A stretch of 64,000 nucleotides of DNA from an uncultured Christensenella sp. (GTDB taxonomy: Bacteria; Bacillota; Clostridia; Christensenellales; CAG-138): assembly GCA_964426415.1 (NCBI GenBank), contig CAYRQM010000001.1:2803-66802 (forward strand), given 5' to 3'. The stretch's first letter is position 1; each line of letters opens with the position of its first letter. Below the pieces are notes generated by a model. It was not told the origin of the DNA and searched no databases. It was given only the letters and a program-made list of their open reading frames with translations. Of this stretch, positions 28,168 through 36,271 are shown piece by piece. Both the position numbers and the translations under genes were made by a program.

Positions 28168-30720
28168 ATGCAAGAAGATAAGAGCAAGCGAACCGACGCC
28201 TCCACACAAAAAGGCAATTCTTCCGAGCATCTTGCATTGGACGACGCACGTCGTATCAAGGTGCTTTCCCCCGGCATGATGGTCTTCAAACGCTTCGTGC
28301 GCAACAAGCTGGCAATCGTGGGCTTCGTCATCATCGTCGTGATGTTTCTGTTCTCCTTCGTAGGACCGATCTTCTCGCCCTATGCCATCGATCAGAAGTT
28401 TTTCATGACTGCAACGGAGCCGGGCTTGTACGCCAACGGCGCATTTACGACGGACATCAACCTCTTGGACCGCGAAGGCAATTCCCTCAGCAAGACCAAG
28501 CTGCTCAGCTCCGGCTTTGAGGCGGCTGCGCTGAAGGCGCTTGGCACCTTTAAGGACAAAAAGACAAGCGAGTATACCTTGACCGTCGGACAAGAGTTCG
28601 AGATTGTAGACGGAAGCCGCACCTATGCGTTTACCGTTGTCAGCGCAGACAAGCAGCGTCCCTCCTTCTTGGTATCCGAGAATCTGCGCATTGCGTGCGC
28701 CAACAAGATTGGCAAGGACTGCACCGTAACCGCACTGTCGTCGTATGAGCTGGATGAGGGCATGACGGCGCTCATCACCGACTATATGACGCGCAACGCC
28801 ACCGATACGACGCTGGATTACAACGGGCTGACCGTCCATGTGCTGCGGCAGGACAAGAACACCGTCTACTTCAGCTTGGAGCAGGGCGAACCGATTGCGA
28901 TCATGTCCTACTATTCCTTTACGGCACTGCGCGGACGCATTGCAGACCTGCAAAGCGACGTCGTGTTCTTGGAAACGGCAGACGATGCGATCGACTCCTT
29001 GGCGCCCAGCTTCGACTACACCGATGCGGACGGGAACACGGCGACGTACCTGCTGACTTTGGACGAAGAAACCGGCGTCACGATGCTGTCCGATTCCAAC
29101 GGCTCTGCGCTGTTTAGCGCCGCGTACGAATACAGCTACGCGACCTTCAGCGAAACGGATCCGGAGAATCCCGACGTCATGCGCGACGTTCCCTTCCAAA
29201 ACCGCTTGGGCAAGCCCAATGAAGCGGGCGACGCCAAGCTGGATGCGACCCCTGAGGACGCCGCCGAATTCGACGCGCTGCTCAAGAGCGTGGTGCTGAC
29301 CCGCGGCGATACATTCGACTTCAATGGCGAGACCTACACCATCACCTATTCCAAGGGTGAAGTCAAGGTCTTCAACGCCGACGAAGAGCTTTGCGTCACG
29401 GCAGTGAACAGCTTTACGCCGGTTGAGAGCATCTACGATTCGCTGGGCAACACCTTCCTGTTCCGCGTAGCGGTATCCGAAGCGATCGCCGCACAGGCAG
29501 ATTCCTTCTCGTACAACGGCGAAACCTTTGCACTGCGTGCCGAGTACAACGTGCCCGCATCCGAGCGCGAACAGGCGGCAGATGCCGAGGCGCCCACGGA
29601 AGCGCCCGAAACGGCACAGCCCGACGCGGACGAAGACGCCATCGCCGTGCGCACCACCCATGTGCAGGAAGAGCCGGTCATTCAAGCGATGACCCTCAAA
29701 GAAGCACAGAATCTGGATCAATCCCGTATCGACTATGTCGTCACCAACGCTTCGGGCGAGGATATCATCCTCCTGTCCCCGATCAGCTATGGCGCCATCC
29801 AAAACGGCACGGTATTGACCGTCGACTTTGCGCGCGGGCTGATGTCCGCCATGCGCAATATGCCCAGCGGCGTCACCACGACGTACGAGTTCGTCAACCA
29901 ATACGGCGAAGTCGCCACGGCGTACGTCGCGCTGAACAATGGCAACTACAACGTCAGCGCCGATATGCTGAAGGTTCGTCTTTTGATGAACGGCGCACCC
30001 AGCACGGACGAAAACGGCTATCTGCACGTGCTCGGCACCGACAACAACGGCATGGACGTCTTCACACGGTTGATGCACGGCGGCCAGATCTCCTTGATCG
30101 TTGGCTTCATCGTCATCTTCTTTGAGACGATTCTGGGCGTTGTGCTCGGCGGCATCTCCGGTTACTTCGGCGGTTGGGTCGATACGCTGCTCATGCGTTT
30201 TGTCGATCTGTTCAACGCCATTCCGTTCTATCCCATCGTCATTATCATTGGCTCTGTCATGGATGAGCAGCGTGTAGGCGGATGGGCGCGGATCATGTTG
30301 CTGATGGTCATCATCGGGATCTTGGGCTGGACGGGCATTGCGCGTATCGTCCGCGGTCAGATCCTCTCCTTGCGCGAGCAAGACTTCATGGTTGCCACCG
30401 AAGCTACGGGCATTCGCACGTCCCGCCGCATCTTCCACCACTTGATCCCGAACGTGATGCCGTTGCTGATCGTCAACGCGACCATGGGCCTTGGCGGCAT
30501 CATTCTGACGGAAGCGACGCTGGGCTTCTTGGGCCTTGGCGTGAAGTACCCGATGGCGTCTTGGGGCTCCATCATCAACCAAGCGACCGATATGCAGGTC
30601 ATGACCACCGCATGGTGGATCTGGATTCCTGCCGGTATCTTTATCCTGCTGACGGTGCTTGGCTTTAACTTCGTGGGTGACGGGTTGCGAGACGCGTTTG
30701 ACCCGAAGATGAAAAGGTAG
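28168..30720 (+). CDS. ABC transporter permease (OppC/DppC-like) with a roughly 540-aa extracytoplasmic insertion after TM1
   Basis: 850 aa from ATG 28168. The N terminus FKRFVRNKLAIVGFVIIVV..FSPY and the C-terminal core HVLGTDNNGMDVF... to the end are OppC-like. The stretch between them is unmatched. Confidence 0.85.
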   Translation: MQEDKSKRTDASTQKGNSSEHLALDDARRIKVLSPGMMVFKRFVRNKLAIVGFVIIVVMFLFSFVGPIFSPYAIDQKFFMTATEPGLYANGAFTTDINLLDREGNSLSKTKLLSSGFEAAALKALGTFKDKKTSEYTLTVGQEFEIVDGSRTYAFTVVSADKQRPSFLVSENLRIACANKIGKDCTVTALSSYELDEGMTALITDYMTRNATDTTLDYNGLTVHVLRQDKNTVYFSLEQGEPIAIMSYYSFTALRGRIADLQSDVVFLETADDAIDSLAPSFDYTDADGNTATYLLTLDEETGVTMLSDSNGSALFSAAYEYSYATFSETDPENPDVMRDVPFQNRLGKPNEAGDAKLDATPEDAAEFDALLKSVVLTRGDTFDFNGETYTITYSKGEVKVFNADEELCVTAVNSFTPVESIYDSLGNTFLFRVAVSEAIAAQADSFSYNGETFALRAEYNVPASEREQAADAEAPTEAPETAQPDADEDAIAVRTTHVQEEPVIQAMTLKEAQNLDQSRIDYVVTNASGEDIILLSPISYGAIQNGTVLTVDFARGLMSAMRNMPSGVTTTYEFVNQYGEVATAYVALNNGNYNVSADMLKVRLLMNGAPSTDENGYLHVLGTDNNGMDVFTRLMHGGQISLIVGFIVIFFETILGVVLGGISGYFGGWVDTLLMRFVDLFNAIPFYPIVIIIGSVMDEQRVGGWARIMLLMVIIGILGWTGIARIVRGQILSLREQDFMVATEATGIRTSRRIFHHLIPNVMPLLIVNATMGLGGIILTEATLGFLGLGVKYPMASWGSIINQATDMQVMTTAWWIWIPAGIFILLTVLGFNFVGDGLRDAFDPKMKR

Positions 30721-30729
30721 GTGAGCGTC

Positions 30730-31881
30730 ATGGCTAAGAGAAAAGATGTAAACTATATTTCGCGGCGAGAATCCGCAAAGATCTCCCGTCAGAACCGCAA
30801 GATCACGACAGCCATCGAGAAGCGCCGCAATCGGAAACACGTCGATCCTTCCGAGTATACGACGACGATGCGCGATCCCAACAACGTGGTCGAGTTTGAC
30901 AATCTGCACACCTACTTCTTTACCGACATCGGTACGGTCAAGGCGGTGGACGGCGTTTCCTTCGACGTGCCGCAAGGCAAGACGGTTGGCGTCGTGGGCG
31001 AGAGCGGCTGCGGCAAATCCGTTACGTCCCTTTCGCTGATGCAGCTGGTACAGCGTCCGCAAGGACAGGTCGTCGAAGGGGAGATTCGCTTCAACAGCCG
31101 CGACGGCAAGGTGTACGACATTGCGCAGACGCCAACGGTGGTCATGCAAACGATCCGCGGCTCGCAGATCTCCATGATCTTCCAAGAGCCGATGACCAGC
31201 CTCAATCCGGTATTCCGCATCGGGATGCAGGTCAATGAGGTGCTGGAGCTGCACTTCCCCGATTGGACGAAGGAGCAGGTCAAGGAGCGCACCATTGAGA
31301 TGCTCACCATGGTCGGCATTGCGAATGCGGAGGGCGTCTACATGATGTACCCGCATGAGCTGTCCGGCGGCATGCGGCAGCGCGTCATGATCGCCATGGC
31401 GTTGGCGTGCGACCCGAAGCTGGTCATTTCTGACGAGCCGACAACCGCGTTGGACGTCACCATCCAAGCGCAGATCCTCGATCTGCTGCGCACGCTGAAA
31501 GACCGCATCAATTCCAGCATCATGCTGATCACCCACGATCTGGGCGTTATTGCCGAGATGGCGGATTATGTGGTTGTCATGTATTCGGGACGTATCGTCG
31601 AAAAGGGAACGGCGGCAGAGGTGTTCCACGATCCGCGGCATCCGTACACCATCGGTCTGATGGCGTCGAAGCCTGTGGTCAATCGCAGAACCGAGCGTCT
31701 GTACAGCATTCCCGGCACGGTGCCGAACCCGATCAACATGCCCGACTACTGCTACTTCAAAGACCGCTGCGAGAAGTGCGTCGCCAAGTGCAGCGGCGAG
31801 TACCCGCACGAGGTCTACATATCCCCGACGCACATGGTGGCATGCTACCTGTACGACGAGAATAAACCGGAGGGGGTCTGA
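30730..31881 (+). CDS. ABC transporter ATP-binding protein (OppD-like) with a basic N-terminal extension
   Basis: Walker [17 protein letters not shown], and a C-terminal oligopeptide-ABC domain with Cys cluster [13 protein letters not shown] 30721 is an alternative start. Confidence 0.9.
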   Translation: MAKRKDVNYISRRESAKISRQNRKITTAIEKRRNRKHVDPSEYTTTMRDPNNVVEFDNLHTYFFTDIGTVKAVDGVSFDVPQGKTVGVVGESGCGKSVTSLSLMQLVQRPQGQVVEGEIRFNSRDGKVYDIAQTPTVVMQTIRGSQISMIFQEPMTSLNPVFRIGMQVNEVLELHFPDWTKEQVKERTIEMLTMVGIANAEGVYMMYPHELSGGMRQRVMIAMALACDPKLVISDEPTTALDVTIQAQILDLLRTLKDRINSSIMLITHDLGVIAEMADYVVVMYSGRIVEKGTAAEVFHDPRHPYTIGLMASKPVVNRRTERLYSIPGTVPNPINMPDYCYFKDRCEKCVAKCSGEYPHEVYISPTHMVACYLYDENKPEGV

Positions 31882-31883
31882 AC

Positions 31884-32966
31884 ATGGAAGCAAAGCAACA
31901 AGAAGTCGTCCTGACGCCGGCGCAAGAGCGCAAGGTCATGTTCGATATGCTCAATGCGCGGATTGCAGACATCAAGTCGCACCCGCCCATCCAACACAAC
32001 CCCGACAACGTCCTTGAAGTGCACGATCTGGTCAAGTACTTCCCCATCAAGACGGGGCTGTTCTCACGTTTGACGGGCTATGTCCGCGCCGTGGACGGGG
32101 TATCGTTCAACATTCAGCGCGGCACCACGATGGGATTGGTGGGCGAATCCGGCTGTGGCAAAACCACCGTCGGCAAGACGATCCTGCGCCTCAACGACAA
32201 GACGGCGGGACAAGTGCTGTTCAATGGCGTCGAGATTCACGACCTGCCCCACAGCGAGCTGCGGGCGCTGCGTCCGAAGATCCAAATGATCTTCCAAGAT
32301 CCGTACTCCAGCCTGTCACCGCGTCTGCCCGTATCCGAGATCATCGGGGAAGCGGTGCGTGAGCACCATATCGTCCCCGCTGCCGAGTTCGACGATTACA
32401 TCGATACCGTCATGCTCTCCTGCGGGCTGCAGCCGTATCACAAAGACCGTTATCCGCACGAGTTTTCCGGCGGTCAGCGCCAGCGTATCTGCATCGCCAG
32501 ATCCATCGCGCTGAAGCCCGATTTCATCGTGTGCGACGAGCCTGTCTCCGCATTGGACGTGTCCATTCAGGCACAGATCATCAATCTGCTGATGGATCTG
32601 CAAAAGCAGTTGGGGTTGACGTATCTGTTCATCTCCCACGACCTGTCCGTTGTGGAACACATCTCCGACACGGTGGGCGTCATGTACCTTGGCAACATGG
32701 TCGAGTATGCCGACAAAGAGGCGATCTTCCAAAACCCGCTGCATCCGTATACGGAAGCGCTGTTCTCGGCGATTCCTGTGCCGGATCCCGACTACAAAAT
32801 GAAGCGCGTGATCCTGAAGGGCAGCATCCCGTCTCCCGCCAACCCGCCTTCGGGCTGCAAATTCCATACACGCTGCGAAAAGTGCATGGAAATCTGCTCC
32901 AAAGAGGCGCCGATCACCCGTGAGGTGGAGCCGGGGCACTTTGTCGCCTGCCATTTGTACGACTGA
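31884..32966 (+). CDS. ABC transporter ATP-binding protein (OppF-like)
   Basis: GESGCGKTT, FSGGQRQR, C-terminal CKFHTRCEKC. Confidence 0.9.
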   Translation: MEAKQQEVVLTPAQERKVMFDMLNARIADIKSHPPIQHNPDNVLEVHDLVKYFPIKTGLFSRLTGYVRAVDGVSFNIQRGTTMGLVGESGCGKTTVGKTILRLNDKTAGQVLFNGVEIHDLPHSELRALRPKIQMIFQDPYSSLSPRLPVSEIIGEAVREHHIVPAAEFDDYIDTVMLSCGLQPYHKDRYPHEFSGGQRQRICIARSIALKPDFIVCDEPVSALDVSIQAQIINLLMDLQKQLGLTYLFISHDLSVVEHISDTVGVMYLGNMVEYADKEAIFQNPLHPYTEALFSAIPVPDPDYKMKRVILKGSIPSPANPPSGCKFHTRCEKCMEICSKEAPITREVEPGHFVACHLYD

Positions 32967-33259
32967 TGGCAAAGGAACCACGGCAGCCAAAGCAATACGA
33001 CGATGACGACGGTCGCACGATTGTCGACATGAACGTGGAAGGGATGCCCTACTACCAAGCAGGCGTCCGCAAAGAGGAGCGTGCAAAAAAGCGTGCCGAG
33101 CTGAACGAGAAAATCGCCAGCGGCGAAGCGCTGAATCGCCGCGAGACGATTCGCTACACGATCTTTTCGATGCTGGGCGGGCTTGCGGTGCTGGGGATCG
33201 TGGGCGGTGCGCTGATTCTGTTCATCGTGCTGCTGATGCTTTGGTGGAAAATCGTATAG
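32966..33259 (+). CDS. small tail-anchored membrane protein, translationally coupled to the OppF-like gene
   Basis: 97 aa. The start shares one nucleotide with the upstream TGA. The N-terminal half is charged, a single C-terminal TM is present, and a strong terminator follows. GC3-rich like its neighbours. Confidence 0.6.
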   Translation: MAKEPRQPKQYDDDDGRTIVDMNVEGMPYYQAGVRKEERAKKRAELNEKIASGEALNRRETIRYTIFSMLGGLAVLGIVGGALILFIVLLMLWWKIV

Positions 33260-33264
33260 GAAGC

Positions 33265-33299
33265 GAGCTGTTGCACAGGGCTGCAACAGCTCCTTTTCT
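33265..33299 (+). terminator. rho-independent terminator of the ABC operon
   Basis: GAGCTGTTGCA-CAGGGC-TGCAACAGCTC then CTTTTCT. Confidence 0.8.
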
Positions 33300-33363
33300 C
33301 GAAAGGAACGGGCGATGAGATGGCAGCGTACCAAAAAAATTTGTGGTTTGCGCAAGATTTTCG

Positions 33364-33392
33364 TTGACAAACGGCGTCGCTTGTGGTAACTT
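33364..33392 (+). promoter_or_regulatory. candidate promoter TTGACA-17-TAACTT upstream of rpmG
   Basis: Perfect -35, 17-nt spacer, weak -10 that keeps T1, A2 and T6. Confidence 0.5.
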
Positions 33393-33423
33393 AAACGAGT
33401 GCCCCCATAGGGGGCTCGTTTTT
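33393..33423 (+). promoter_or_regulatory. GC-rich hairpin with T run in the rpmG leader (5' stem-loop or terminator/attenuator)
   Basis: AAACGAG-tg-CCCCC-ATA-GGGGG-CTCGTTT then TT. Confidence 0.5.
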
Positions 33424-33451
33424 GATGTAATGATCGTAGGAGGATCCAAAA

Positions 33452-33601
33452 ATGCGCGTAAAGATAACCTTGGCTTGCACCGAATGTAAGCAAAGAAACT
33501 ACAATACCTTCAAGAACAAGAAAAACGATCCCGATCGTCTTGAGTTCAACAAGTATTGCCGTTTTTGCCGTAAGCACACGTTGCACAGAGAGTCCAAGTA
33601 A
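33452..33601 (+). CDS. rpmG: 50S ribosomal protein bL33 (Cys-containing form)
   Basis: 49-aa [61 protein letters not shown]. Below the ORF-track cutoff. Confidence 0.93.
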   Translation: MRVKITLACTECKQRNYNTFKNKKNDPDRLEFNKYCRFCRKHTLHRESK

Positions 33602-33618
33602 CAGCAGGGGAGAGAATC

Positions 33619-34320
33619 ATGGCTAACACCACTGTGGCCGTCAAGGCCAAGTCCGAACAGAGCATCCTCAAGATTTTGGTGATCGCTCTCTTGATCGTCG
33701 GCGTTGCAACGCTTGCGCTTGCGCTGTACGATATGATCAGCGGGTTCTCGCTGATCGACAACGTGCTGTCCACGGCGGACGCCACCGACTTGGGTGAGCA
33801 GAGCGACCTGACGGGTCGTTGGGCGGGCTATGTCCTGCTGCTCGTCTCGGCAGCGCTTGTCATTGGCGGTGCGGTTGTCGCGCTGGCAAAGGACAAGTTC
33901 CGCCTCATGCAGAATCTCTGCATCGCCGCGATCGTCTTTGCAATCTTCCCGCTCGTGTACTTCCTCGTCATCTGCGGCAAGCATCTCTTCTCGCTCGCGT
34001 ATGCCATCCTGTGCATTGCGATCATCGTGCTGACGGTGTTCACCATCAGAGGCCGTTGGAGAGTCTACCTCAAAGAAATGACCGGCGAAGTCAAGAAGCT
34101 CACTTGGCTGACCTTCAAAGACTTGGTCAAGAACACGTGCGTCGTGCTGGTATTTGTCGTGGCGTTCGCCGTTCTCATCTTCGCACTCGACTGGATTTTC
34201 GGCAAGCCCATCAGCCTGCTGCTCACATCCAATGACGCCGTGACCACCACGACGCAACCGACAGAAGCTCCCACCGACGATGGTGCGGTCGCCACCGACG
34301 ACGCAGCCGACCAGAATTAA
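33619..34320 (+). CDS. secE: preprotein translocase subunit SecE, long form (233 aa) with extra N-terminal TM segments
   Basis: The core YLKEMTGEVKKLTWLTFKDLVKNTCVVLVFVVAF is SecE-like and the gene lies between rpmG and nusG. The SD GGGGAGAG lies before ATG 33619. Confidence 0.85.
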   Translation: MANTTVAVKAKSEQSILKILVIALLIVGVATLALALYDMISGFSLIDNVLSTADATDLGEQSDLTGRWAGYVLLLVSAALVIGGAVVALAKDKFRLMQNLCIAAIVFAIFPLVYFLVICGKHLFSLAYAILCIAIIVLTVFTIRGRWRVYLKEMTGEVKKLTWLTFKDLVKNTCVVLVFVVAFAVLIFALDWIFGKPISLLLTSNDAVTTTTQPTEAPTDDGAVATDDAADQN

Positions 34321-34325
34321 CGCGC

Positions 34326-34910
34326 ATGAGTCAGGAAACGAAATGGTATGTTGTTCATACCTACTCCGGGTATGAAAACAAGGTCAAGGAAGACCTTATC
34401 AAGGCCGTCGAAAATGCAGGTCTGCAGGACATCATCCTGGAGGTCATGTACCCGACGGAAGAAACCATTGAAATCCTGCCCAACGGAAAGCGCAAGTCTG
34501 TCACGCGCAAGGTGTATCCCGGTTATGTGATGGTCAAAATGATCGTCGATGTGGTCGAGAAGGATCGTCCCGAAGAGCGCGGCGGCGGCAAGTCGTTTGA
34601 TCTTGTCATGAACCCGCGTGCATGGTACGTCATTCGCAACACCCGCGGCGTTACGGGCTTTGTAGGCCCCGGATCGAAGCCGATTCCGCTGAAGGACGAA
34701 GAAGTCGTCGCCATGGGCGTGGAACGCATCCCGATCGTGCTCAACATCGAAGTGGGCGAAACGGTGCGTGTCGTGTCCGGCCCGTTGGAAAACTTCTTGG
34801 GTCGCGTGGACAAGATCGACGTCGAGCGCCAAAAGGTCAAGCTCTCGGTTTCCATGTTTGGCAGAGACACCCCCGTGGAGCTGGATTTCATCCAAGTACA
34901 AAAGATCTAA
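34326..34910 (+). CDS. nusG: transcription termination/antitermination factor NusG
   Basis: 194 aa, KWYVVHTYSGYENKV, with a C-terminal KOW (GETVRVVSGPLENFLGRV). Confidence 0.95.
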   Translation: MSQETKWYVVHTYSGYENKVKEDLIKAVENAGLQDIILEVMYPTEETIEILPNGKRKSVTRKVYPGYVMVKMIVDVVEKDRPEERGGGKSFDLVMNPRAWYVIRNTRGVTGFVGPGSKPIPLKDEEVVAMGVERIPIVLNIEVGETVRVVSGPLENFLGRVDKIDVERQKVKLSVSMFGRDTPVELDFIQVQKI

Positions 34911-34991
34911 CCGAAGAAAACGAGCAATCGTTTTTGATAGTGGAAGGGGAGGCACCCCATACCACAACTATATTGAATAGGAGAAACAGCA

Positions 34992-35417
34992 ATGGCAAAG
35001 AAAATCACCGGTTATGTAAAGCTGCAGATTCCCGCCGGCAAGGCAACGCCGGCGCCGCCCGTTGGTCCTGCACTGGGTCAGCACGGCGTGAACATCATGG
35101 GCTTCTGCAAAGAGTTCAACGAACGTACCAATAAGCAGGCAGGCTTGATTATTCCTGTCGTGATCACGGTTTACCAAGATCGCAGCTTTTCGTTCATCAC
35201 CAAGACGCCTCCGGCAGCCGTCCTCATCAAGAAGGCGTGCGGTCTGGAAACAGCGTCCGGCGTTCCCAACAAGACCAAGGTTGCAACGATTTCCAAGGCG
35301 CAAGTCCGCGAGATCGCAGAGCTCAAGATGCCCGACCTGAACGCGGCAAGCGTAGAGGCGGCAATGCGTATGGTCGCAGGCACCGCTCGCAGCATGGGCG
35401 TTGTCGTTGGCGAGTAA
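34992..35417 (+). CDS. rplK: 50S ribosomal protein uL11
   Basis: 141 aa, [27 protein letters not shown]. Confidence 0.97.
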   Translation: MAKKITGYVKLQIPAGKATPAPPVGPALGQHGVNIMGFCKEFNERTNKQAGLIIPVVITVYQDRSFSFITKTPPAAVLIKKACGLETASGVPNKTKVATISKAQVREIAELKMPDLNAASVEAAMRMVAGTARSMGVVVGE

Positions 35418-35429
35418 GGAGGAACGAAA

Positions 35430-36119
35430 ATGAAGCACGGCAAGAAATACAACGACAGCAAAAAGCTCATCGATTCCGCAAAGCTGTATGACGCCCGCGA
35501 AGGGCTGGACACCGTTCTGGCGTCCGCAAAGTGCAACTTTGACGAAACCATCGAAGTCTCCGTCCGTTTGGGCGTCGACTCCCGCCATGCAGACCAGCAG
35601 GTTCGCGGCGCGATCGTCCTCCCCCACGGCACCGGCAAGACCGTCCGCGTTCTCGTGTTTGCAAAGGCTGACAAGGCCCGCGAAGCATTGGAAGCAGGCG
35701 CAGATTTCGTCGGCGACGAAGATATGGTCAAGAAGATCCAGACCGAAAACTGGTTTGGGTTCGACGTGTGCGTCGCAACGCCTGATATGATGGGCGTCGT
35801 CGGCCGCATCGGTCGTGTGCTGGGCCCCAAGGGCTTGATGCCGAACCCCAAGAGCGGTACGGTCACCATGGACGTCACCAAGGCGGTCAAGGACATCAAA
35901 TCCGGTAAGGTCGAGTATCGTGTAGACAAGACCAACATCATCCACTGCCCCATCGGCCGCAAGTCCTTCGGCGCAGAAAAGCTCGAAGAGAACCTGACCA
36001 CCCTGATGGAAGCCATCATCAAGGCAAAGCCCGCAGCAGCGAAGGGCACCTACATCAAGAGCATGGTCGTTTCTTCGACCATGGGCCCGGGCGTCAAGTT
36101 CAACGCATTGAAGTTCTAA
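35430..36119 (+). CDS. rplA: 50S ribosomal protein uL1
   Basis: 229 aa, uL1-like ([24 protein letters not shown]). Confidence 0.97.
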   Translation: MKHGKKYNDSKKLIDSAKLYDAREGLDTVLASAKCNFDETIEVSVRLGVDSRHADQQVRGAIVLPHGTGKTVRVLVFAKADKAREALEAGADFVGDEDMVKKIQTENWFGFDVCVATPDMMGVVGRIGRVLGPKGLMPNPKSGTVTMDVTKAVKDIKSGKVEYRVDKTNIIHCPIGRKSFGAEKLEENLTTLMEAIIKAKPAAAKGTYIKSMVVSSTMGPGVKFNALKF

Positions 36120-36129
36120 TATGGCACCC

Positions 36130-36159
36130 AAAGAGATCGCTTACGCGGTCTCTTTTTTT
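36130..36159 (+). terminator. rho-independent terminator directly after rplA
   Basis: AGAGATCGC-TTAC-GCGGTCTCT then T7. Confidence 0.8.
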
Positions 36160-36214
36160 GTCCCGACTTTCCTGTTGGTTGAGAAGAATGTGCCTTTTGT
36201 GGAAAGATGCGCAC

Positions 36215-36243
36215 TTGCGATGCGCGGTGTTCCATGGTATAAT
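36215..36243 (+). promoter_or_regulatory. promoter TTGCGA-17-TGgTATAAT (pepF)
   Basis: Read directly. Confidence 0.6.
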
Positions 36244-36271
36244 CAACCAAATCAAGCAGGAGGTTACTATT

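Noticed and set aside
28147-31893. Very long antisense ORFs: 1248 aa here, plus 24526-27099(-), 6364-7683(-), 8545-9990(-), 36404-38080(-), 49106-50788(-), 47001-48659(+), 51467-53071(+), 56282-57790(+), 57896-58972(+), 45582-46760(+), 63100-63945(-) and others
   Set aside because: They lie opposite genes with unambiguous family signatures. Their translations are low-complexity, Arg/Ala/Gly/His-rich strings typical of stop-poor shadow frames in GC-rich DNA, and they lack SDs.
33315-33389. 24-codon basic mini-ORF as a confident gene call
   Set aside because: It is too short, has a weak SD, and overlaps a plausible promoter for rpmG. I kept it only as part of a low-interest finding, not as a feature.
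34917-34935. Weak hairpin AAAACGA-GCAA-TCGTTTT between nusG and rplK as attenuator or uL1-binding leader
   Set aside because: The stem has only three G/C pairs. I recognise no similarity to the uL1 binding site, so support is insufficient.
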